IMG/VR virus record: IMGVR_UViG_2579778842_000011
Coordinates: 1-44,866 of that record
DNA length: 44,866 bases
From: a virus
Taxonomy: Duplodnaviria; Heunggongvirae; Uroviricota; Caudoviricetes
Strand: one strand, 5' to 3'
Part shown: in pieces, positions 9,866 to 18,069 of the stretch
Layout of the letters: each line of letters begins with the position of its first letter
Position numbering within the stretch: the first letter of the stretch is position 1
Program-made: the position numbers and the translations under genes
The notes under the pieces: model-generated
What the model saw: only the letters and a program-made list of their open reading frames with translations
Told to the model about the DNA's origin: nothing
The model's database searches: none

Positions 9866-10805
9866 ATTGGCAGTAAGAAAAGTTAGTACCGTACATTTCA
9901 TCATGAAGCATTGCAGCATTGCGTTTCTGTTCTTCTTCCTCATCTTCTACATCACTAGAAAAATGAGATTTGCCCTTAAAAGAACGAAGTAATTGCAGTG
10001 CAGCCATCGGATCACGCATCACATCGATTTTCACTTCTACTTCATCATTTGCGGCCTCATCAGCCGCGTTTTCAACTACTGCCACCGGAGCAACTTCTTT
10101 AGCTTTCAGTTCTTCAATCTCAGCTTTCTGTGCTTCGATGATCTGGTCTTTTTCTTTCAGTGCAGCTTTCAGTTCTGCGATCTGTGCTTCCAGTGCAGCA
10201 AAGCGATCTTCAACAACCGGAGAAACAGCATTCACCTGTGCTTCCAGTTCCAGAAATGCTTCGCAAGATTCAATACGTTCTTTCTCTTCACCTTCATAAG
10301 CAACCAGTTCTACAACTTCTTTTTCGGTAGCGTGGCTGTTAAAGAATACAGCAAAGTAAGGATTGCCGGATTTAGTGAAGTTCAGTTTAGCTTTTCCGGT
10401 AACTTCTTTACGACGACCAAAGGTGATCTGGCAATCAGCGGTATCCTGAAAATCCATGTTAGGAGCGGAAACGATAGCAGTATCACCAGCAATAACCAGG
10501 TGGAACAGTTCAGAAGAGTTCTTAACGGTAAAGGTAACGATGTGGTCTACTGCAACGTCTTTAGCAGGTTTAACGCGGTCGATTGCTTTACGAATGCCGT
10601 TAGGCAGTTTACCGTCAACACCAAAGCCAGCCGCGATCAGTGCTTCACGATGTGCTTTAAAGCCAGCGAAAGCGGATTTCTGCTGCGCAAAGGAAACATG
10701 AGCAACAACTTTCGGCTGAATCTTCTTGTTTGCTTCGGTGCCAAATTTGATAACTGCTTTAGCGTTGGTTACTTCGTTAGTGAAAAAGTTAGCGGAAAAT
10801 AACAT
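9864..10805 (-). CDS. Hypothetical protein with central coiled coil and acidic C-terminal tail
   Basis: 313 aa; strong AGGAG RBS; heptad-like EAQIAELKAALKEKDQIIEAQKAEIEELKAK segment; C-terminal DVEDEEEEQ. Confidence 0.5.
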   Translation of the reverse strand: MLFSANFFTNEVTNAKAVIKFGTEANKKIQPKVVAHVSFAQQKSAFAGFKAHREALIAAGFGVDGKLPNGIRKAIDRVKPAKDVAVDHIVTFTVKNSSELFHLVIAGDTAIVSAPNMDFQDTADCQITFGRRKEVTGKAKLNFTKSGNPYFAVFFNSHATEKEVVELVAYEGEEKERIESCEAFLELEAQVNAVSPVVEDRFAALEAQIAELKAALKEKDQIIEAQKAEIEELKAKEVAPVAVVENAADEAANDEVEVKIDVMRDPMAALQLLRSFKGKSHFSSDVEDEEEEQKRNAAMLHDEMYGTNFSYCQ

Positions 10806-10854
10806 ATAAATACTCCTGAATACTCTGTGTTAGTTTTAATGTTTCATATCAAAA

Positions 10855-10890
10855 GCCTCCTTGCGCCAACAGGGAGGCTTTTTTATTTTT
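10855..10890. terminator. Hairpin terminator between the two minus-strand genes
   Basis: GCCTCCTTG..CAGGGAGGC stem followed by TTTTTTATTTTT on plus strand, A-run on the other side. Confidence 0.5.
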
Positions 10891-10922
10891 AAAGCCATCA
10901 TATAATTCTCAGTGAAAGGTTA

Positions 10923-11105
10923 TTACCAGACCTCGGCGGTAATCTTTACTTTAATGTCATACTTCTTTAAGAGTTTGTGAAAGGTTGATTGATCAATACC
11001 TTCACCTTTAAACCATTCACCCATCACTACATCAGGTGTCAGTTCAAAATAACGCTTTGCCATTTCTAAAACGATTTCACGAGTGAACTTAACAGGTCGT
11101 GCCAT
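10923..11105 (-). CDS. Small DNA-binding protein with resolvase/Hin-type HTH-like motif
   Basis: 60 aa; AGGAGG RBS; RPVKFTRE...GIDQSTFHKLLKKYDIK pattern; paralogous to 14641..14865. Confidence 0.45.
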   Translation of the reverse strand: MARPVKFTREIVLEMAKRYFELTPDVVMGEWFKGEGIDQSTFHKLLKKYDIKVKITAEVW

Positions 11106-11158
11106 CTTGAATCCTCCTAAATCTGGATTAATGATTTCTTAAAAAAGAGCGTCAACCG

Positions 11159-11175
11159 CTCACTATTATTTATAT
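11159..11175 (-). promoter_or_regulatory. Recurrent 17-mer (copy 2, ATATAAATAATAGTGAG on minus strand) upstream of the 60-aa gene
   Basis: Followed by AGTGAGCGGTTGACG, which also occurs at 8335-8350 near the prophage junction. Confidence 0.4.
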
Positions 11176-11622
11176 GGGGATTGTATTTTATTTTTCAACC
11201 CCTCACATTTATCTCTTATATATGTATTTATAACAGAGATATGTTAAAATGTTATTCAGATGTTATCAGACGTGTTAAATGTGTTAAACCGCAGCACGAA
11301 TTGCTAAAGCGGAGAGCACGAATTAACCAAATTGATGTATATTCAATCAATTTAGAAAAAGGCATAGCACTTTTTGCTAAAGCGGTGAGCATTAATTGAG
11401 CTATGAATTGTAAAGATTTGTTACAAGATTTTCTCTCAGATCCAAATCTTCACAAACATATAACAATTTAACAGAAGGATAACAAATGAAAGGAAATCGG
11501 TAAATTTTCACTTTCAATACAAATATTATACCACATTTTTCTCGAATTGTCAATTATAGCACCGATCCTACACAGTGTCAACAAAGGATTTTCAAACCTA
11601 CACTAGCCCTACACTATGAAAA

Positions 11623-11808
11623 TTGCCCCTGAATTTTTGCCCCTGAACCAAAATCCCCTAGATTCCACATCCAATTTTTGCCCCTGAAACCCACTATTTT
11701 TGCCCCTGAAATTCTGGGAAACAGTGATTTTGCCCCTCATTTTTGCCCCTGAAATGCCAATAATTGCCCCTGAAAATCTAATTTTTGCCCCTGAAATTTG
11801 CCCCTGAA
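11623..11808 (+). repeat. Iteron-like array: 9 direct copies of TTGCCCCTGAA (8 exact, 1 variant)
   Basis: Copies at 11623, 11637, 11678, 11700, 11730 (variant TTGCCCCTCAT), 11743, 11764, 11785, 11798; all same orientation, irregular 13-41 bp spacing, within a 1.4 kb region lacking ORFs of 60 aa or more. Confidence 0.75.
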
Positions 11809-12436
11809 AAGGATTTGTGAGAAAAACTCTTTATAAAACATTAACTTAGTGAGTGGCAAAACGGGGAATCGGGCGTGCATAGATATTATATAACACATTC
11901 GCTACGCTCATGTGTAAAACCAAAAACAACAAATAACCAAAAAGATATTAGGAGGGCGTAGCCCGACTGCGCGAAGCGCTAACCAATTACTTCTAGTAAC
12001 ACTAATTTAAACTAGATGATACTAGATGGTCTTAGAAGGAATTAACTAGTTTGCTCGCTCGCTTCGCTCACTCTCAAACGTCTGCGACGCCACTGCGTGG
12101 CATCGAGAATCACTTCTGAAAGGATTTTCTTGAAAGGGATTTTAAACTAGTTACTAACTGATTCTAGAAAGATAGTAATAATCACTTTGAAGATAATAGT
12201 AGTTAACTGGTTACTAGATGATTCTAGATCACTTTAATGATCATGAAAGGTATTGGTATCCCTTCGGGATTGCAACCTTCGGTTGCTAAATTGCTTCCTG
12301 ATTATAATTTCTCCAAAAGAAAGATTCTTATATTCTAAAGATACTTCTTCGTTTTGATGATGATTTAATCAAAATCTATGAAGGAGGCGAAGCCGACTGA
12401 ATACCAATTCCTTTCAAATTAGACAAAAATTTCTCG

Positions 12437-12453
12437 TTATAAATAATAGTGAA
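12437..12453 (+). promoter_or_regulatory. Recurrent 17-mer (copy 3, TTATAAATAATAGTGAA) about 35 nt upstream of gene 12489
   Basis: Sequence identity to copies 1 and 2. Confidence 0.4.
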
Positions 12454-12488
12454 CTTACTTTGATTCACTTTTTTAGAGGATTTCCACT

Positions 12489-12941
12489 ATGATCAATACT
12501 AAAACTCCTTTCATTCTTCTGGGTCTGAACCATGATGATAATCTGGCTATGATGCATGTTTTCGCTAATCGTGGTTATAACATCATTCGTCATTCCGAAG
12601 ACTCCAATTTCTCAACTGCTTTCTATGCTCTTAAACGTAATGGTCGCCCTACGGTGATCGTAGACTGCTTTACTGATGAAGGTCGTGAACAATACAACAA
12701 CATTCCGGCAATTATTGTTCGTGATGACCTGCCGTTTGATGTTCGTGAATATGACGTTGATTTAGGCTCTTACTATGGGATCGCCGATCTTGACCAGATT
12801 ATGGCTGATTATGGTAAACAACCCGCTCAGGAAGCCCCAGAACGAGATGAACAAGACGAAGATGACGACGACTACACACCAATCTGTTTCTCTTCTCACG
12901 GTGGCTTCTACGGTTACGATGAAGGCTTAGATATGCTGTAA
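12489..12941 (+). CDS. Hypothetical acidic early protein
   Basis: 150 aa; AGAGGA RBS; C-terminal ERDEQDEDDDDY acidic run. Confidence 0.5.
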   Translation: MINTKTPFILLGLNHDDNLAMMHVFANRGYNIIRHSEDSNFSTAFYALKRNGRPTVIVDCFTDEGREQYNNIPAIIVRDDLPFDVREYDVDLGSYYGIADLDQIMADYGKQPAQEAPERDEQDEDDDDYTPICFSSHGGFYGYDEGLDML

Positions 12942-12963
12942 TTTAGGTCAACCCTTTGGCGTC

Positions 12964-13005
12964 TTGTCAAGGGGTATTGACAAAAATTTCTGACTTTTTT
13001 ATGAT
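12964..13005 (+). promoter_or_regulatory. Candidate sigma70 promoter with overlapping inverted repeat (operator-like)
   Basis: TTGACA 12977-12982, 17 bp spacer, TATGAT 13000-13005; inverted repeat TTGTCAA(12964)/TTGACAA(12977) overlaps the -35. Confidence 0.45.
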
Positions 13006-13061
13006 TATCTCACTTGACAATTTTGAACCTATTTGACCTAGATTTGTAAAGAGGATGTAAC

Positions 13062-13394
13062 ATGAAAGAATTTACCATCACTAAATCCCTGTATGACTGG
13101 ACTGTTAAAATCTCCGGCAAAACCGTTTCTGTAACCCCTAGCCATGTAGAAAATGATTGGGGCGTATCCCGTGAAACTATCTCCCGTAGTATGCATGTTC
13201 CGTTTGATCTGATGTCCTTAACTGGTATTCATGCAATGCTGGAAGTTCGCGAACAATTCGAAGCTGGTAATCACAATGCGACTCCAGTTAGCAATCACCT
13301 TCTTACTAATGAAGAACGTGAAATCATCGAAAACTGGCGTTATGAATATGCGATTCCTTATTATGAAGAAGACCAAGTAGAAATCGATTGGTAA
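13062..13394 (+). CDS. Hypothetical protein
   Basis: 110 aa; AGAGGA RBS. Confidence 0.5.
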   Translation: MKEFTITKSLYDWTVKISGKTVSVTPSHVENDWGVSRETISRSMHVPFDLMSLTGIHAMLEVREQFEAGNHNATPVSNHLLTNEEREIIENWRYEYAIPYYEEDQVEIDW

Positions 13395-13493
13395 TAAATT
13401 TCTATCATAAATAAAAATGTTCCGCGCGCCGTTGGCGTGTGGACAGTTAAAAACAGGAGGATCATCACTAAACCGTTTAAGGGGAATTTAATT

Positions 13494-14324
13494 ATGAATA
13501 CTGTTACTGCTATGAATACTGCTAAAACTGCTTCCGTGTCTCTGGTTGTTGATAACACCAAACCGCTGACCATGTCTTCCCGTCAGATCGCTGAATTTAC
13601 CGGAAAAGAACACCACAAAGTTAAAGTTGATATAACTAAGATGTTGAATGCTCTAGGTTATGAAGATCACGCGAAGTTTCGCGTCATCTATTTTGACCAA
13701 TACGGACGCGAACAAAACGAATATCAACTAGACGAAGAAATGACTCTGACTCTTGTCACTGGTTACGATGTTAAGCGTCGAATGGTTGTTATTCAGGAAT
13801 GGAAACGACTGAAAGAAGAAAATGAAAAACTGCGTTCTCAGCAAGTCAACCCATACGCAAACATGACTAAGCTCGATTGGATTCGTGAGGCAATGGAATT
13901 GGAAGCCGCAAACGAACAACTGATTCAAGAAAAGAAACAACTGGTTGAATTGCATGTTCGTAAAGCTATCGACACACACAGTCTTAGCCGCTTATTAGGC
14001 GAAAAACGAGGCTCTACGAAGGTACAAATTATTCTGAAAGGTTTATGTGCTGCTGGTGTTCTTGAGCGTCGTCTGGATGCTTCTGGTAAGCCTAAAGGCT
14101 ATGATCTGCTTCCTCCTGGCTATATGTTCGCTCGTATGTCGGCACACGGTCAGATCGAGTTCACTGCTGATGCTATCCCGCATCTCGTAAAACTCGGATT
14201 GCTCGAAGAAGAAAAGGCCGCAACTTTGAAATTGCCACAGCCGAATAACTCACGAGCAATCGTCAATAATACTGCTTTGCTGATTCGTCAGAATGCTGGA
14301 TCACTGGAACACTTCGGACTGTGA
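13494..14324 (+). CDS. Rha-family phage regulatory protein / antirepressor-like
   Basis: ATG 13494 after AAGGGG; N-terminal LTMSSRQIAEFTGKEHHKVKVDITKML resembles the Phage_pRha domain; the track start at 13437 is a GTG without RBS. Confidence 0.55.
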   Translation: MNTVTAMNTAKTASVSLVVDNTKPLTMSSRQIAEFTGKEHHKVKVDITKMLNALGYEDHAKFRVIYFDQYGREQNEYQLDEEMTLTLVTGYDVKRRMVVIQEWKRLKEENEKLRSQQVNPYANMTKLDWIREAMELEAANEQLIQEKKQLVELHVRKAIDTHSLSRLLGEKRGSTKVQIILKGLCAAGVLERRLDASGKPKGYDLLPPGYMFARMSAHGQIEFTADAIPHLVKLGLLEEEKAATLKLPQPNNSRAIVNNTALLIRQNAGSLEHFGL

Positions 14325-14332
14325 TAATTTTT

Positions 14333-14356
14333 GCCCCTGAATTTCAGGGGCTTTTT
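14333..14356 (+). terminator. Rho-independent terminator built from the iteron motif
   Basis: GCCCCTGAA-T-TTCAGGGGC perfect inverted repeat followed by TTTTT. Confidence 0.75.
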
Positions 14357-14395
14357 GTATCTGGAGTTTTTCGCCGAAAACCTGCAATACAGAAT

Positions 14396-14598
14396 TTCGA
14401 AAGAATCAATAGGTTAGAGATGAGCGCAGTTTTGCGCCGATTGATTCAAGTTTGAATTTCTCGAAAGAATCAACCACTTAGATAGATACGCTGAACTTTA
14501 AGCACATCCCCTCAGTTTTGAGGGCATCTATAGATCAGTCCAAATCTCTGGACTCATCGGAAGAATCAATGACTTATAGATGAGCGCAGTTTTGCGCG
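14396..14598. repeat. Three dispersed copies of an approximately 40-bp unit with embedded small hairpins
   Basis: Units start 14396, 14459, 14556 (TCGAAAGAATCAA...TTAGAGATGAGCGCAGTTTTGCGC); hairpins GCGCA-GTTTT-GCGC, CCCTCA-GTTT-TGAGGG, AGTCCA..TGGACT, ATTCAA-GT-TTGAAT. Confidence 0.6.
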
Positions 14599-14603
14599 GA
14601 TAT

Positions 14604-14633
14604 AAAAAAAAGGCCAACCCCGAAGGATTGGCC
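14604..14633 (-). terminator. Rho-independent terminator for the minus-strand operon ending at 14641
   Basis: On minus strand GGCCAATCC-TTCG-GGGTTGGCC followed by T8. Confidence 0.75.
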
Positions 14634-14640
14634 TAGAGAA

Positions 14641-14865
14641 TCAAATTCCTGTTGCTTCTACCATTTCACCGTCAACCTGAACAAAGAATTTCAAATCAAC
14701 TTTATGGAGTGATTTGTAGAATTGAGCGATTGAAATACCGTGTTCACTCAATACTTGCTCTTTTTCGGCTTTACCTTTCGGTGCTTGATAGTACGCTTTT
14801 ACAATCGCTGCCAGTTGTTCACGATCAAAACGGCAAGGACGACCGCGAGTAGCTTTAGTAGTCAT
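14641..14865 (-). CDS. Small DNA-binding protein, paralog of 10923..11105
   Basis: Second ATG (14865) has GGAG at good spacing; TRGRPCRFDREQLAAIVKAYYQ and GISIAQFYKSLHKVDLK align with the 60-aa protein. Confidence 0.45.
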   Translation of the reverse strand: MTTKATRGRPCRFDREQLAAIVKAYYQAPKGKAEKEQVLSEHGISIAQFYKSLHKVDLKFFVQVDGEMVEATGI

Positions 14866-14899
14866 AGTCATTTCTCCAAATTAAAGTGAATGTTCACCT

Positions 14900-15502
14900 T
14901 TATTTAGAGGACTTACATTTTATCGGAAAAAGTTCTCCATCGTCAACCGACATAAAGAACTCTGCCTTAATCCCGTACTTCTTCAACCGTGAATAGTATG
15001 TACCCCGACTTATATCAACCTTGCGAAGCACTTCAAAGAACCCTTTAGGATCGTTGTAATAGTGGCTATAACGCACGTTAGCGAGTTCAACGAATAGTTC
15101 CCTTGTATCACCATAGCCTTTCTTGAAAGCCTCGTTACGATAGCGTGTAATTGCGTGATTCAATCTCTTCTGTTTCAACACTTCCCTGATCGGTGTCCAC
15201 TGCAACCGATAGATCGGACCGTCATCAATGCGATAATAACGCTTGATATCAAAATCAAACCAATCTCGGACTCTCCGAAACTCTGTATGTGATGTTCTAT
15301 GCTTCTTAAAGAAGTTGTGAACGTCTGTATAACCATTATCGCGGTAAAACTCTATTAAAATCTCTTTCGCTTCCTCACGACTAAAGCCAGATGTAGTGTA
15401 GTCGGTTTTTAAATGCTTATGCTTAACTGGCAAACGATATTCATGATCGGTACAAGACAAGGCTAATTCTAATTCATCTCTTTGTTGCTGATTAATTAGC
15501 AT
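14900..15502 (-). CDS. Hypothetical protein with C-terminal HTH-like motif shared with the two small paralogs
   Basis: 200 aa; AAAGGGGG RBS; C-terminal DISRGTYYSRLKKYGIK. Confidence 0.45.
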   Translation of the reverse strand: MLINQQQRDELELALSCTDHEYRLPVKHKHLKTDYTTSGFSREEAKEILIEFYRDNGYTDVHNFFKKHRTSHTEFRRVRDWFDFDIKRYYRIDDGPIYRLQWTPIREVLKQKRLNHAITRYRNEAFKKGYGDTRELFVELANVRYSHYYNDPKGFFEVLRKVDISRGTYYSRLKKYGIKAEFFMSVDDGELFPIKCKSSK

Positions 15503-15587
15503 ACAACCCCCTTTAATTAATACCCGTATTTATCAAAATATCAACAATTTAATAAATACCTTCATATTTCGTAATGAGGGTAATTAC

Positions 15588-17492
15588 ATGAAACTGATTT
15601 CAAATAAGGCCAAATTAAAAAAGATTCTCAGAAATATCTCTGCTGCAATTCGCCCACCTAAAGCCATGAAGCCTAGCGAATGGGTAGAGGCTAATGTAGT
15701 TGCAACCGATGGTGTTAAAGCCGGATCGCTAATTAAATTGCATCCCTTCCAACGTGGAATGATGGACGCGATCACCGAAGACCGTAGAAAAATTGTGTTT
15801 AAATGTTCGGCACAGTTGGGTAAGACCATGATTCTTAACGGAATTATCTTCCATCGGATCGCGAGTAACCCTACTAATATTGGGGTCTTGCAAAGTAACG
15901 TTAGGGAACTAAATTCTTGGATCGCTGGTAAGGTGAAGCCAGTATTAGAGGCAACGCCAGAATTAAAAGCGATGATCACCGACAAATCAGACCGTAATGC
16001 TGTTAACAACTCATCGATTATTCAGCTTCGTAATGGATCATTCATGTATTTCATGTCGCTGAACAGTCCATCACACTTGCGCGGTAAGACACTCCCTTTG
16101 ATTATTCTTGATGAAGTTGATGCGGCTGATGAATCAGACGAAGGGAACCCGATCCAGCTAGCGGAACAACGCGCAACCACTTTCGGGGAAGATGCAAGGA
16201 TCGTAATTGCTTCCACTCCAACCGCTCGTGATGGGGCGATTAACCAACAATGGGAACTCTCGGATAAGAGAAAATATCATGTCGTTTGCCAGCATTGCGG
16301 ACACAAGCACGTAATGGAATGGAGTAACGTACATTTCGATTGGCATACGATTAACGGTAAATCATTACCCAACCCAGATACAGCCGTTTACCGTTGCCCT
16401 GAATGTGAAACCGATTGGACCGAAGGGGATCGCCTCCGTGCTGTTGCTCAGGGAGAATGGGTCGCCACCGAACCAAATGCGGAAGTAATCGGTTTTCATG
16501 CTAACCGCCTTATGTCTCCGTTTAGTTCTATCCGTGCGTGTGTGGTGGACTTTGCTGATAGCTACGCGAATATGTCCCTGGCAACGTTCTACAATACAGT
16601 CCTCGGTGAAACCTTCGATGATCTTAACGAAGATCGCACAGCCGACGAACTGGAAACGCTGAAAACTGATATTAGCCTAGACAATATTCCTGATGATGTA
16701 CTGGCTCTGGTAGGTGGAGTTGACCAGCAAAAAGACCGTCTGGAATCTACCTTGCTGGGTATTTCTCGTAAAGGGCTATGCGTAGTTGATCACCGATCAT
16801 TCTATGATGTGAACTGCGAACGCCACGAATCACCAGCATATAACCAGCTTTACAACTTCCTGAAAGCTAAATTCTATACCCGATCCGGTGAACGAATCCC
16901 GATGTTATCTGCTTTCGTGGACTCATCGAACGGACGAGCTACAAACGTGATCTATCGATTCTGTAGTCGGTGGCAAAATCTAACCGCCATTAAAGGCGCA
17001 AGCAATGTTGATGCACCAATCCTTCCGGTAAAAGACACAAGAACGGGTGGTTTTACCCTTAAAATTCTGGGCGTAAACAACCTTAAAACGATGATCCGTG
17101 AAATGATTAACCGGAACTTGAGAGATGGCGATCCTCACACTGTCTTCCAGATTGGTGACGTTCCTGATGACTATTGCGAGCAATTGCTTTCTGAACAGTT
17201 GAAACGGCAGGGTAATACCACACGTTGGGTAAAAGTTGGACAAACACGAAACGAAGCGTTGGACTGCCTGGCTTATTCCTATGCTGCTTCTCGTCATGTA
17301 CTCAATAAAATGTCATGGGAAAAACTCGAAGCCATCAAAGATAGTTTGAACCGTGAACCAGAAGAATCCGTAGAAGCTCCTAAATCGCAATCTAACGAGC
17401 AAATCGAAGAAACTAAGCCAATCACACGACCACAACGTAAAAACATCGCCAGACGCCCAAATAGAGGCCGTAGCTGGGTAACATCGTTCTAA
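15588..17492 (+). CDS. Terminase large subunit (lambda GpA family)
   Basis: 634 aa; Walker-type segments; C-terminal WVKVGQTRNEALDCLAYSYAA resembles recalled lambda gpA RNEALDCFVYALAA. Confidence 0.85.
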   Translation: MKLISNKAKLKKILRNISAAIRPPKAMKPSEWVEANVVATDGVKAGSLIKLHPFQRGMMDAITEDRRKIVFKCSAQLGKTMILNGIIFHRIASNPTNIGVLQSNVRELNSWIAGKVKPVLEATPELKAMITDKSDRNAVNNSSIIQLRNGSFMYFMSLNSPSHLRGKTLPLIILDEVDAADESDEGNPIQLAEQRATTFGEDARIVIASTPTARDGAINQQWELSDKRKYHVVCQHCGHKHVMEWSNVHFDWHTINGKSLPNPDTAVYRCPECETDWTEGDRLRAVAQGEWVATEPNAEVIGFHANRLMSPFSSIRACVVDFADSYANMSLATFYNTVLGETFDDLNEDRTADELETLKTDISLDNIPDDVLALVGGVDQQKDRLESTLLGISRKGLCVVDHRSFYDVNCERHESPAYNQLYNFLKAKFYTRSGERIPMLSAFVDSSNGRATNVIYRFCSRWQNLTAIKGASNVDAPILPVKDTRTGGFTLKILGVNNLKTMIREMINRNLRDGDPHTVFQIGDVPDDYCEQLLSEQLKRQGNTTRWVKVGQTRNEALDCLAYSYAASRHVLNKMSWEKLEAIKDSLNREPEESVEAPKSQSNEQIEETKPITRPQRKNIARRPNRGRSWVTSF

Positions 17493-17564
17493 TAACTCGC
17501 CGTCCTTCGGGGCGGCTTACTCCTAAATATTGTTAATCCAATAACAATTAAATAAGGGGTAATT

Positions 17565-18059
17565 ATGAGTTTAGAACTAATTCCCTTAGTAATTCGTAAA
17601 GGCGAAAAAATCACGCTGGCGAATGAAGAGGGTGTAACAATTCAGGTAGGAAATAGTAAAGGTATCATCTATCAGGTTGATGATACTCCGGCTAATCACG
17701 AGATTAAAACCTTAGATTTTTCCGAAGGTAAATATACCATCGTAACAACTTTGGAAGATGAACTGGTATCAATGCAGGAATTAACTGTTTTGCCAGTATT
17801 CGCCAAAATCTCCAAAAAAGAATATCTGCGGGAAACTATCGCCTTAATCGAGCAAGTTATTTTCGCCCGTTTATCTGGGGACGAAGCCGCATTATCTGCA
17901 ATGACCGTGAAAGGGAATACTTTCGCCTATGAGTCATTGGGTGTTCTCCAGCAATTGAAGACTGATTATGAACGTCAGTTATCTAAATTAATTCAAGCCG
18001 AACGACGTAAACAGGGAATTAGCCCGATTAAAAATATTAAAGTACGTCTTACGCGATAA
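17565..18059 (+). CDS. Hypothetical head-assembly protein between terminase and portal (gpW-position analog)
   Basis: 164 aa; AAGGGGTAA RBS; positional inference only. Confidence 0.35.
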   Translation: MSLELIPLVIRKGEKITLANEEGVTIQVGNSKGIIYQVDDTPANHEIKTLDFSEGKYTIVTTLEDELVSMQELTVLPVFAKISKKEYLRETIALIEQVIFARLSGDEAALSAMTVKGNTFAYESLGVLQQLKTDYERQLSKLIQAERRKQGISPIKNIKVRLTR

Positions 18060-18069
18060 GGGGTAAATC

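Noticed and set aside
9993-10802. 269-aa plus-strand ORF rich in Phe/Cys/Ser
   Set aside because: Lies entirely antisense to the 313-aa minus-strand gene, has no ribosome-binding site and a low-complexity translation; treated as a shadow ORF.
11181-11399. 72-aa plus-strand ORF in the regulatory region
   Set aside because: No Shine-Dalgarno sequence, overlaps the promoter region of the divergent 60-aa gene, AT-rich low-complexity translation.
11623-11808. Possible CRISPR array
   Set aside because: Repeats are only 11 bp with irregular 13-41 bp spacing and no cas genes; architecture fits iterons or operators, not CRISPR.
12240-12295. Possible tRNA or tmRNA-like gene suggested by consecutive TTCG stem-loops
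   Set aside because: No acceptor stem with CCA, no T-loop GTTCRANNC consensus and no anticodon arm could be assembled by eye; left as unclassified structured region.
13437-13493. Track start (GTG 13437) of the Rha-like ORF
   Set aside because: The AGGAGG at 13455 is not followed by a usable start codon; the ATG at 13494 with AAGGGG upstream is preferred, so the first 19 codons are considered untranslated.
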